A stretch of 64,000 bases of DNA from an uncultured Fibrobacterota bacterium (lineage in GTDB: Bacteria; Fibrobacterota; Chitinivibrionia; Chitinivibrionales; FEN-1185): the NCBI GenBank assembly GCA_963729895.1, contig CAVSQB010000011.1, positions 115,733-179,732 of the forward strand. Direction: 5' to 3'. Positions 17,739-26,928 of this stretch are shown here, in pieces (within the stretch, counting starts at the first letter, position 1; the number at the start of each line of letters is the position of its first letter). The position numbers and the translations under genes were made by a program. The notes below the pieces were generated by a model that saw only the letters and a list, made by a program, of their open reading frames with translations, did not search any database and had not been told where the DNA came from.

Positions 17739-19030
17739 ATCCATCCGCCGCCCCCGCAATTCCCCTTATCTTCAATCTTTTTCCCCGCCATTTTGAAACC
17801 ATAGACGAATGGGCTTCCTGCATTCCCCACGTTCGCGGCATGGGTTTCAATTGGATTTTTGTCAACCCGTTCCACATGACGGGGCTTTCGGGCAGCCTGT
17901 ATGCAATCAAGAACTACTACCAGCTCAACCCGCTTTTCCTCAAGAAGGGCCAGGACACGTCCGACTGGCACCCGCTCAAGAAGTTCGTGGCGGCCTGCAG
18001 GGATTCGTCCATAGAAATGATCATGGACCTGGTGGTCAATCATACGGCGTTTGATTCCTTCCTTGTAAAGACCAACCCCGCTTGGTTTAAGCGCGACTCG
18101 GAGGGGAGGCTGGTGAGTCCGCATGCGATAGACCCGGCAAATGCCGACAACGTCACCGTATGGGGAGACCTTGCGGAAGTTGACAATCTCGAAAGTAAAG
18201 ACAGAAAGGGGCTGTGGGACTACTGGGACAAACTGGTGCTGTACTTTCAGGAAATGGGCGTTCGCGGGTTCCGGTGCGACGCAGCCTATCAGGTCCCGGC
18301 CGACTTGTGGAAATTTCTCATCGGATCGGCTAAGAAACGCTATCCCCGAACCGTATTTCTTGCCGAAACGCTGGGCTGCACCCTGGACCAGATTGCCGAA
18401 CTCAAAGGCACAGGGTTCGATTATCTCTTCAATTCGTCCAAGTATTGGAATTTCGACAAACCTTGGTGTCTGGAACAGCACGAGAGCAACAAGGAGATCG
18501 CACCTTCCATCAGTTTCCCCGAGTCGCACGACACGCCGCGGTTGGCGGATGAAAAGCCGGGGACCGTCGACGTGCAGAAAATGCGCTACGCGTTTGCCTC
18601 GATGTTTTCCAAGGGGCTTCTCATGCCTTCAGGTTTCGAGTACGGCGCCCGGAAAAGGATCGATGTCGTGAAGGCCTCTCCCAAGGATGTCGAACCGCCG
18701 CAGTGGGATATTTCCGCGTGGATCAAGGAAATCAACGAACTCAAGGCCGCCACGCCCGTCTTCTGTGAGGAAGGGTCGTGGACGGCGCTGACCCCCTACG
18801 AACGTGACGTCGTATTTCTTAAAAAGCAATCTGACGCGAACGCCAAGCCCGTTCTTGTGTGCGTCAATAAGGACATGGAGGCGCAGCAGGAGGTGAGCGC
18901 GAACGACGTTCCCGAGGAAGCGGCGTCGTTCAGGAGGATGCTGCGTGTGCTCACAAGTCCGGTCAGGGAGAGTGCGGTTCCCCGCACCCTTACGCTCAAA
19001 CCGGCCGAAATCGTGCTGTTCACGTGTTGA
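17735..19030 (+). CDS. GH13 alpha-amylase-family protein (short GlgE/maltosyltransferase-like)
   Basis: DLVVNHT, GFRCDAAY, FLAE, FPESHD; TTG start overlaps the panC stop. Confidence 0.85.
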   Translation: MNPSAAPAIPLIFNLFPRHFETIDEWASCIPHVRGMGFNWIFVNPFHMTGLSGSLYAIKNYYQLNPLFLKKGQDTSDWHPLKKFVAACRDSSIEMIMDLVVNHTAFDSFLVKTNPAWFKRDSEGRLVSPHAIDPANADNVTVWGDLAEVDNLESKDRKGLWDYWDKLVLYFQEMGVRGFRCDAAYQVPADLWKFLIGSAKKRYPRTVFLAETLGCTLDQIAELKGTGFDYLFNSSKYWNFDKPWCLEQHESNKEIAPSISFPESHDTPRLADEKPGTVDVQKMRYAFASMFSKGLLMPSGFEYGARKRIDVVKASPKDVEPPQWDISAWIKEINELKAATPVFCEEGSWTALTPYERDVVFLKKQSDANAKPVLVCVNKDMEAQQEVSANDVPEEAASFRRMLRVLTSPVRESAVPRTLTLKPAEIVLFTC

Positions 19031-19041
19031 CGGCGGGCATG

Positions 19042-19581
19042 CTATTTGACCACGATGCTTCCGGCGGGAACCTGCAGCAGGAGCAGCAGGGTATCGCCGA
19101 CCGTTCTTTCGAGCAGGGTCCTGCTGTAGGCAATCTCCCCTGAAATGTTTTCTCCAAAAGAAATGTTGCGGTCGTCACGAAACGCCTTCAGGTACAGGGA
19201 CCAGCGCTTGGCGTCGTACGCGGCGGCCACGCGGCGGCCGGCAACCTGGGCGGACCGGGGGAGCGAGGGGTTGCCTGTTCCTTTTCCCGCAACCATGAAG
19301 CAGCCGGACGCCGAATCGAACGAGACATTCAGCAGGAGCTGCGCGGCATTCTTGTCGGCCGATGAGACGCGGACGCCGTTCTCCAGTTTGACAAGAATAC
19401 GCAGGAGCGAATCGAGGCCGGCGGAATCGGGCGACGCCATGCCGCGGGGAGGAAGGTCTTGCCCGGACGATGCGGCCGGGCCGTGCCGGGCGTCCGGAGG
19501 CGGGGAGGGCTGTTCTTTGCACGAGGCAATAACCAGGCACGCACACGAACAAAGGGTGATTGCGACGGACCGACGCTTCAT
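19042..19581 (-). CDS. Hypothetical lipoprotein
   Basis: Lipobox-like VIAS-C, Pro-rich linker; fills the gap between flanking genes. Confidence 0.6.
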   Translation of the reverse strand: MKRRSVAITLCSCACLVIASCKEQPSPPPDARHGPAASSGQDLPPRGMASPDSAGLDSLLRILVKLENGVRVSSADKNAAQLLLNVSFDSASGCFMVAGKGTGNPSLPRSAQVAGRRVAAAYDAKRWSLYLKAFRDDRNISFGENISGEIAYSRTLLERTVGDTLLLLLQVPAGSIVVK

Positions 19582-19594
19582 GGTATTTTATCCC

Positions 19595-19623
19595 TTGCAA
19601 GGCGCAGGCGTTTTTCCTAAAAT
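19595..19623 (+). promoter_or_regulatory. Sigma70-like promoter for gmhB-yfhO
   Basis: TTGCAA-17 bp-TAAAAT, about 40 bp upstream of the ATG. Confidence 0.45.
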
Positions 19624-19664
19624 AATCTTTCCCTGTAAAACAAACGGGCAAAAATAGTCGTACC

Positions 19665-20186
19665 ATGGTCCAAAAGAACAAGGCGCTTTTTCTCGACAGG
19701 GACGGCGTTGTCAACGAGGACAGCGAGTACCCGCATAAACCCGAGCACATCTTATTCAATCCGGCGGTCTTTGATCTTTGCAGGGAGGCGTTGGCCAAGG
19801 GATATATCATCGTTGTCATTACGAACCAGGCCGGTGTTGCGAAGGGCAAATTTACCGAAGAAGACGTACGTTCGCTGCATGCCTGGATGGCGGAGCGCTT
19901 CCTCGAAAGGGGAATACCGGTCGCGGGTTTCTATTATTGCCCGTTCCACAAGAACGCCAGCGTCGAGGCGTACAAAATGGACTCCGATTGCCGCAAGCCG
20001 CGGCCGGGCATGTTCCTCAAGGCTGCAAAGGATTTGGATATCGATCTGTCGAGGTCCATCATGGTCGGCGACAAACAATCGGACCGTATTGACCTGCCGG
20101 AACTGCGAAGCTACATCATCAGGAGCAGGTATTCCCCGGACAATTTTGATTTTGAAACAGTGGAACAGATCGTAACCGTTTTGTGA
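19665..20186 (+). CDS. gmhB: D-glycero-D-manno-heptose 1,7-bisphosphate phosphatase (HAD)
   Basis: FLDRDGVVN, TNQAG, YYCPFH, DCRKPRPGM, VGDK..D. Confidence 0.9.
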   Translation: MVQKNKALFLDRDGVVNEDSEYPHKPEHILFNPAVFDLCREALAKGYIIVVITNQAGVAKGKFTEEDVRSLHAWMAERFLERGIPVAGFYYCPFHKNASVEAYKMDSDCRKPRPGMFLKAAKDLDIDLSRSIMVGDKQSDRIDLPELRSYIIRSRYSPDNFDFETVEQIVTVL

Positions 20187-20201
20187 CCGGAAGGAGAATG
20201 T

Positions 20202-22625
20202 GTGGATAAGAAAAACGTCGACATGACCGCAGGAAAAAACGGTGTCGCGCGGTCCTCGCTTTTCTCAAACGACCTGTTCTATGTAGGCGTGCTGGCCCTG
20301 CTGGTTATTATCGTCTTTGCACCGTTTTTGTTTTCCGACAAGATGCTGTTCGGCTCCGATACCATGGGCGGGCTTGATTCCCGCGTGTTCCTCAAGACGT
20401 CCATAGAGAAATATCACCAGTTCCCCCTGTGGTTCAACAGCAGGCTCGGCGGCATGCCCTCCATAGACGCCCTGTTCGGCGACGCCATGTACCTTCCCAC
20501 GCTCCTGATTGACGCGGTCCAGCCCATAGCGAGGGCGCTCGGCCTGCGGCTCGTGCTGCACGTGTTTCTGGCGGGGCTTTTCTTTTTTCTGATGCTCCGG
20601 CGCGGCTTCGGAATGCCCGCCTTCGTGGCAGGGATCGGCGGTGCACTCTACATGCTCAATCCCGAATTCTTTTCACACGTGTACCCGGGGCACGACGGAA
20701 AGATGTTCGTGATCGCATGGCTGCCGTTCGTGATGTGGCGTTTGAAATCGCTGGTCGAGACCCCGCAGCTCCTCAACGCGACGTTGCTTTCGCTCGGCAT
20801 TGCAATGTGTCTGTTCACCTCGCAGATTCAAATGTGCTATTTCATGATGTGGGGAGTGGCCCTGTACTGGCTCGCGGCAGTCGTATTCATGTGGACAAAA
20901 GAGAAGAAAGTGCTGCCTCTCGCACGGGTGAGCGGCTTTGTGGCGCTTGCCGTTCTGCTCGGATTCGGCCTTTCGCTCATCCAATTTCTCCCGCCATTCA
21001 TGTTCGTGCGCGAGGCGTTCTCGGTGCGAGGCGTCGAGCGCGGTTTCGAGTACGCTGCTTCCTGGTCCCTGCATTGGCCCGAGGTGTTCTCGTTGTGGGT
21101 GCCGGATTTCGGCGGTTTTGACATCGGCGATGTGCAGACGTACTGGAGCGAAAACCCGTTCAAGCTCAACACCGAGTATCCCGGTGCAATCGCGCTGCTG
21201 TTTGCGATTTTCGCTATTGTCCAAAAACCCAGGCCTTGGAGAATCTTCTGGGGAGGAGTTGCGCTGTGTGCGGTTCTCTATTCGCTCGGCGCGCACACGC
21301 CCGTTTTCTATGCAGCCTATTATCTTGTTCCGGGTGTCAGCAAGTTTCGCGCGGCAAGCATGCTCATGTTCTGGTTCTCGTTTGCAACGGTGCTTTTGTC
21401 ATGCTTGTTCTTCAAGGACACGATCGCCGGATATTTTTCCCGTATGTCCGACGCGGAGAAGAAGAAATGGACAAAAGGACTTCTCATCGCCCTTGGCTCC
21501 GTCACGCTCCTTGCGATGCTCTTTTCGGTGCAGGGATTTGTGGCGGGCATCATGAATGTCTTCACCACCGCGCTCTCCGATACCCAGAAATTCTCGATAT
21601 TCGAAAGGAATTTCGCAAAGAATTTCGTACCGTTTCTCTGGGTATGGTGGTTCTTTGCCGGAATATCCATGGCGCTGCTTCTGGGCGTCATCAACAACAA
21701 GGTAGGGAAGAACGCTTTTCTTATCGCGGTCGCGGCGATTGCGCTTATCGACGTCTGCAGAGTTGATTCGCGTTTTGTCACCACAGTCAATCCGAAGCCC
21801 TATTTCTATGCAGAACAGACAATCGTGGACCTGCAAAACGAAATGAAGCAGGAACCGTTCCGCTGCTTCGTGCTGCCCGGGGCGCTTCCCAAGGGCGGTG
21901 AGGGAATAATGGGGCTTGAAGGCGTGGGCGGCTTCCACGACAACGAACTTCGCTGGTACAGAAATTTCCGGGGCGATCAGGAAGACAGAAATTACTACAC
22001 GAATCTGCTGGGCGTCCAGCAGGACGGCAGGCCCTTTCTCAGGCCCGAAAACCTGAAATATGGAAACTCCTTCCTCAATATCGCCAATGCAAAGTACTAT
22101 CTCGTTCGACAGGGAGAAACCCTGTATAAGATTCCCAACGAGGGCGCGCTGCAAAGAATTTCGTTTACGCCGGGCTACGTTGTTCTGGACAGCGGCCACA
22201 TTGACGATGCCCTGAGGAACGGGACCTATGACTATCGCAAGGCGGTAGGACTATGTGCGGAACCTGCTCAGAAACCGGCAGCCGTTGACTCGTCTTTTGT
22301 TGCTCAGACCTCGGTGCAATGGAAGGCCTACACCCCTAATTACAGGAAAGCGGAAGTGTCGGTCAACGCAGACGGGTTTCTCAGGATTTCGGAAGTTTAC
22401 TATCCGGGATGGGAAATCCGCATCGATGGAAATCCCGCAAAAATCTATCGCGCCGACCTGGCATGGATGGCGGTGAACATAACAAAAGGAAGCCACATGG
22501 TTGAGATGCTGCCGCATTCCCTGTACTTGAAGAAAGCGGAAATCGTGTCCTATCCGCTGATGGTTCTGTTTGGAATTTACTGGATCGGAATTGCGGCGGT
22601 CCGGCTGCGGCGTAAAAAGAAATGA
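20202..22625 (+). CDS. YfhO-family multi-pass membrane protein (GT-C-like)
   Basis: Many TMs; PLW..RLGGMP, P...KFR, C-terminal SEVYYPGW..IDG; SD AAGGAG. Confidence 0.82.
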   Translation: MDKKNVDMTAGKNGVARSSLFSNDLFYVGVLALLVIIVFAPFLFSDKMLFGSDTMGGLDSRVFLKTSIEKYHQFPLWFNSRLGGMPSIDALFGDAMYLPTLLIDAVQPIARALGLRLVLHVFLAGLFFFLMLRRGFGMPAFVAGIGGALYMLNPEFFSHVYPGHDGKMFVIAWLPFVMWRLKSLVETPQLLNATLLSLGIAMCLFTSQIQMCYFMMWGVALYWLAAVVFMWTKEKKVLPLARVSGFVALAVLLGFGLSLIQFLPPFMFVREAFSVRGVERGFEYAASWSLHWPEVFSLWVPDFGGFDIGDVQTYWSENPFKLNTEYPGAIALLFAIFAIVQKPRPWRIFWGGVALCAVLYSLGAHTPVFYAAYYLVPGVSKFRAASMLMFWFSFATVLLSCLFFKDTIAGYFSRMSDAEKKKWTKGLLIALGSVTLLAMLFSVQGFVAGIMNVFTTALSDTQKFSIFERNFAKNFVPFLWVWWFFAGISMALLLGVINNKVGKNAFLIAVAAIALIDVCRVDSRFVTTVNPKPYFYAEQTIVDLQNEMKQEPFRCFVLPGALPKGGEGIMGLEGVGGFHDNELRWYRNFRGDQEDRNYYTNLLGVQQDGRPFLRPENLKYGNSFLNIANAKYYLVRQGETLYKIPNEGALQRISFTPGYVVLDSGHIDDALRNGTYDYRKAVGLCAEPAQKPAAVDSSFVAQTSVQWKAYTPNYRKAEVSVNADGFLRISEVYYPGWEIRIDGNPAKIYRADLAWMAVNITKGSHMVEMLPHSLYLKKAEIVSYPLMVLFGIYWIGIAAVRLRRKKK

Positions 22626-22652
22626 AGTGAGGACGTGCGGCCGTGCAGCGGC

Positions 22653-23765
22653 CTATGTCCTGTGCGCAAGATACAGTTCGTTGTAGAACTCCTCCTGGAT
22701 GCCCGCCACCCGGTCGAGCGTGAATCGCCGGGCCCACACGCGGCCGTTTGCGCCCAGCTTTTCGCGCAGGCCAACATTAGAAAGAAGAACCTCCATTTTC
22801 TTTGCGAGTTCGCCGGCGTCTCCCGGCGGCACGAGCAGTCCCGTTTCGTTGTCACGGATTGCATCCTGCAATCCGTGTATGCGTGTTCCAAGGGTGGCCT
22901 TTCCCATTGCGGCCGCCTCTACGGCGGCGATGTTCCAGCCTTCGTAACGCGAGGGCATGCACACGATCGTCGCCGTTCTGAACAGTCTCTTTTTTTCCTC
23001 GTCGGATGCGTTGACCACGCACTCTATTCTGCCGCGGAAAGGAGACTCGTTGATCCTCTTTTGCAGCCATGCCGTGTCGGTTTCTTTTCCTCTGCCCGCC
23101 ACAACGAGCCGGTGTTCGGGAAACCTGTCCGCCACTTTTTCGAATGCCGGAACAAGAATATCAATTCCCTTCATGTGAATGTCGATACGGCCAAAGCAGA
23201 GAACAAATTTTCCGTCCGCGGGCTTCTCCGTCAGAAGGGAGGTATCGAAACTCACGTAGCCGGCCCTCGCCTTGACGTTCGGCCTGCCGGCAAGGATTTC
23301 GGCCGCCATGCTGTCGGTAAGGGTGATGAAATTGCGCGCCGTGCCAAGCACAAGCTTTTCCATGAGAAGGGGAACCAACCCTGCCGTGCCGTACTTTGTG
23401 ACAGCCTCGGTGCCGGTACGGTGAAAGAACAGCACAACGGTCTTGCGCGGCTTGAAGAGAAAGGTCAGCACCGGCGAATAAATGGAATAGGGAATCGCCA
23501 CGATGTCGGCGCGGGAGAACAACGAATGTATTGTTGCGAAAAGGGAAAATGAGACCCTGCTCAACAAATAGGAGGCTTTGAAGCCTAAATGGCGATACCG
23601 GAAATTCGGTTCGTCGCTGTTGCGTGCGCCCTGAAAATTTCCGGTGTAAAAGCGGATGGAATGCCGTGAGGAAATAACCCGGTGGACCGACAATTCCCGG
23701 TAGGCCCCGCCGCCGCCGCAGCGCGGATTGTGTATGTCGTCGTAACAGTAGACGGTGATGTTCAT
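22653..23765 (-). CDS. GT4 glycosyltransferase
   Basis: GGGG near the N-terminus, FGRI...KG, PSRYEGWNIAAVEA, ETGLLVPPGD. Confidence 0.9.
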   Translation of the reverse strand: MNITVYCYDDIHNPRCGGGGAYRELSVHRVISSRHSIRFYTGNFQGARNSDEPNFRYRHLGFKASYLLSRVSFSLFATIHSLFSRADIVAIPYSIYSPVLTFLFKPRKTVVLFFHRTGTEAVTKYGTAGLVPLLMEKLVLGTARNFITLTDSMAAEILAGRPNVKARAGYVSFDTSLLTEKPADGKFVLCFGRIDIHMKGIDILVPAFEKVADRFPEHRLVVAGRGKETDTAWLQKRINESPFRGRIECVVNASDEEKKRLFRTATIVCMPSRYEGWNIAAVEAAAMGKATLGTRIHGLQDAIRDNETGLLVPPGDAGELAKKMEVLLSNVGLREKLGANGRVWARRFTLDRVAGIQEEFYNELYLAHRT

Positions 23766-23954
23766 AGACGAAAAAGGCCCGGTTTGCTTGCGTGACCCGC
23801 ACAGGAAAATACACCATGAATATGAATTTGATACAGGTAATTTCATCCCGCGAAAAATTGGGTCACCACCAAACAAAAGCCGCAATAATTATTTTATAAA
23901 CGCCGCGTGCCGAATCGGCCGGATTCGTGCGCCGGCAGGAAAGTCGGGGGACGC

Positions 23955-24674
23955 ATGATCGCGCCGTCAAACAATGCACCAGTTATCACCAGCACGTATT
24001 ACAACCCTGCCTATTATTCAAAACACCTGGAACGCCTTGAGAAAAAAGATCGCTTCACCAAGGTGAAAATCAAACGGGTCACTTCGCTGCTGGGACCTGC
24101 TGCGGGCGAACGCATCGTCGATCTCGGCTGTGGAGTCGGCACCATGATGATTCTCCTTGCGCCATCAGAGGCAACCATCATCGGCATCGATTATTCACCC
24201 GACTCCCTGTCACTTGCCAGAGCGTGTTTTGCCAGGGAAGAGCCGACCCGCTCCTTTAAGGGAGTCTGCTGCGACGGCCGCGCACTGGCGCTGCGGAGCG
24301 GATCGGTGGACGGCGTCATGGCCGTGGATTTTACCGAACATCTTGAGGATGACCTGCTTGTTCCTACGGTACGAGAAGTGCATCGGATATTGAAGGACGG
24401 GGGACGGTTTATACTGTACACACCGAGCCGCACCCACCTTTTTGAAAGATTAAAGAAACGCAACATCATTCTAAAAGAGGACAAATCGCATGTTGGACTG
24501 CGTACGATGGGCCGGTACAGGGAGATTCTTGAACGGTCCGGTTTTACGATGAAGGAATCCTACTTCGAATCCACCCATATTCCCCTGTTCAGCATTCTTG
24601 AAAAAGCGGTCATGAACATTCCGATTATCGGGGATCTTGCAAAAAGAAGAATCTGCATCCGCGCCTTAAAGTAA
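23955..24674 (+). CDS. Class I SAM-dependent methyltransferase
   Basis: IVDLGCGVG, GIDYS, EHL, RILKDGG. Confidence 0.88.
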   Translation: MIAPSNNAPVITSTYYNPAYYSKHLERLEKKDRFTKVKIKRVTSLLGPAAGERIVDLGCGVGTMMILLAPSEATIIGIDYSPDSLSLARACFAREEPTRSFKGVCCDGRALALRSGSVDGVMAVDFTEHLEDDLLVPTVREVHRILKDGGRFILYTPSRTHLFERLKKRNIILKEDKSHVGLRTMGRYREILERSGFTMKESYFESTHIPLFSILEKAVMNIPIIGDLAKRRICIRALK

Positions 24675-24742
24675 GCCTGCCTCGGGAAACCTTGCACACG
24701 GCAGACGCCGGCAGCCCCAATGCCGGGCAGCACGTGCGTTTG

Positions 24743-25780
24743 TCAATGTTCTCGTGCCTTCTCCGCGCCTTGACGAATGTCTGCGCTTGCCCCAAACAAC
24801 AGCGGAAAGCCGCCGACAAGTTTGAGCAATATCGAAAAGTAACCGAAAACAATGTAAATCCCCAGCTGCTCAGTTGACAAGCCGACCTGTCTGAACATGA
24901 GGGCCAGAAGGGCCTCGCGTATTCCGATTCCATTTGGCGCAAGCGGGAGGGCAATGCAGAGGATTTCAATGATAGGTAGATACAAGAGAGATTCGGCCAC
25001 GAGGATTTTGCCGGAAATTCCGTACATCACCATGCAGCCCGCCCCGGTGATCATGACTTGCATAATGAGAGTAAGCAGGGAAACGAAAGCAAGGGTGCCG
25101 CCTTTGCCCCGGTACTTATAAATTGCTTCACGGATGTTTTCGATGGCGATAAGGATTCGTTTGGGAAGAACTTTTCCAAAAATGATGCGAAACGGGCCGG
25201 TGAACCGCTTCGAGAATGAAAGGGCAAACAGGAGAAGAAGTGCTGTGAACGCCGATGCAATCGACTCTACAAAACCAGACGGCAGCATAGACCGCTCGAT
25301 GTGAAAGAGGCCATATATCGACAAAACCGCCATCGCGAGCAAGCCGAGCACCCCGGAAATCCAGGAGGACGCCCATGTGACGGAATAGTCCATGCTCCGG
25401 GAAAGAATGAACGCACGTACCACATTTTGCGCCGCGGAAGTTGGAAGCACTATTGAATAATAGAGCCCCACAAAATGCGCCTTGAGAGTTGTTGCCAGGG
25501 TAAGCGCATCGGCAAACGGTCGCATGAGAAGCCACCAGCGGATACCTTGCAGGAACATACTGGTGAGGATGACTATGGCGAGTAGGGGAAAGGTCCACCA
25601 TGCGGTCGAAGCCAACGCGTGAAACAATTGCAAATAATTGATCTTAGAGAAAATCCAAACAATGGGTACGAGTGCGATCAACAAACGGACTATCTTAAAA
25701 ATCGAAGTTTGGGAGAAGTTTCTGAGGTTCAAAATATGTATATTTTGAAAAGCGTTTGTGCAGCGGAACCGGGGTATCAA
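24743..25780 (-). CDS. Lysylphosphatidylglycerol-synthase TM / UPF0104 flippase-like membrane protein (start uncertain)
   Basis: Multi-TM; RWWLL, LPT, LPLAPNGIGIRE. Confidence 0.8.
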   Translation of the reverse strand: MIPRFRCTNAFQNIHILNLRNFSQTSIFKIVRLLIALVPIVWIFSKINYLQLFHALASTAWWTFPLLAIVILTSMFLQGIRWWLLMRPFADALTLATTLKAHFVGLYYSIVLPTSAAQNVVRAFILSRSMDYSVTWASSWISGVLGLLAMAVLSIYGLFHIERSMLPSGFVESIASAFTALLLLFALSFSKRFTGPFRIIFGKVLPKRILIAIENIREAIYKYRGKGGTLAFVSLLTLIMQVMITGAGCMVMYGISGKILVAESLLYLPIIEILCIALPLAPNGIGIREALLALMFRQVGLSTEQLGIYIVFGYFSILLKLVGGFPLLFGASADIRQGAEKAREH

Positions 25781-25892
25781 AGGACCGCAAGTTCCAAGAA
25801 TCCGGGGTCTTCTTGCTTTTAAATATACTCATTTCTGGCGTTTACTTTCAAATGTAATTTGACGTCGTTGGTCGCAGGGGGAACAAAGAAGG

Positions 25893-26597
25893 ATGCCATA
25901 TTCAGATTATTACGAGAGCAGGAAGGTGAGCCGCCTTGGAAAATGGTTCAACAGGCGTTTCGCCACCCTCATCGTTGAAGAAGTCAAGAGTCGCTGCAAG
26001 GACGGCGATGCGGTGATTGAGATTGGGCCGGGAGAAGGCAGGGTTGCCGACTTGCTCAATGCGTCGACAAAGTATAGCGCCTATGAAGCAAGTCCTGCGC
26101 TGGCGGCAGGGCTTGAGGGAAAAGGGATCTCTGTTTTCCGGAGAATGGCGCCTCCTCTGGTTGAAAAGGACGCATCGCAACAGGTTGTAATCGCTACCCA
26201 CGTCGTAGAACACATGCCCGATTTCCCGACTGCGCAACGACTCTTTCAGGAAATCAATCGTGTTCTTGTCCCCGGTGGGGTGTTCATTGTAGTCTCGCCG
26301 GACTTCAATGACATGGGAAAACTTTTTTTCGACGTGGACTATTCCCATAATTTTGTCACTACTGCCAACAGACTGTCTCAGCTTGCAAAGGACTCAGGGC
26401 TTGCCGTCGTCAAGAGAAAATTCCTGTACGGTGCCTTGGATTTCTGGCCGGGGCTTCCGTGCAATTTGGCGGTTAAGTTCTCGTTCTGGTTCCTACGGTT
26501 CGTCAAGGGAAATTTCTGTTTTGAAGACAAGGGAATATTCAAGCTTGAACACCTGTTTTCCAGGGCGGTTTACATGGTCTTCACGAAGCCGAAGTGA
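25893..26597 (+). CDS. Class I SAM-dependent methyltransferase
   Basis: IEIGPGEG, HVVEHM, RVLVPGG, DYSH. Confidence 0.85.
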   Translation: MPYSDYYESRKVSRLGKWFNRRFATLIVEEVKSRCKDGDAVIEIGPGEGRVADLLNASTKYSAYEASPALAAGLEGKGISVFRRMAPPLVEKDASQQVVIATHVVEHMPDFPTAQRLFQEINRVLVPGGVFIVVSPDFNDMGKLFFDVDYSHNFVTTANRLSQLAKDSGLAVVKRKFLYGALDFWPGLPCNLAVKFSFWFLRFVKGNFCFEDKGIFKLEHLFSRAVYMVFTKPK

Positions 26598-26824
26598 CCC
26601 GCAGGCTTCAAATCTCGGCAAAAATGAAGCATTCGACAGTTGATGGGACTCGAACGCAATTGCACCCGAGCGCCTCAGCGAAACATGCTTCGAGGAACAA
26701 GGAAGTCTGGTCGATACTCCACTCGCCGCCGGTATTCTTAGTCCCAACGTGCGAAATGCTGACTACAGATGGTTTTGGCATTTTCTGCCGGAAAACACTT
26801 TCTTTGCATGCGCTCAGTTTTAAG

Positions 26825-26853
26825 TTGACAAATTCGGTATCTGTCTCTATATT
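26825..26853 (+). promoter_or_regulatory. Sigma70 promoter for the LamG protein gene
   Basis: TTGACA-17 bp-TATATT. Confidence 0.65.
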
Positions 26854-26928
26854 CAAGAGGTGGAATTCGTTGAAAGGGAGGGGAAAACGTTGCGTCCCGT
26901 GATGCCAAAATCGCCAAGGGGGATCGTC

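Noticed and set aside
22635..23552. 305-aa plus-strand ORF
   Set aside because: Antisense shadow of the GT4 gene.
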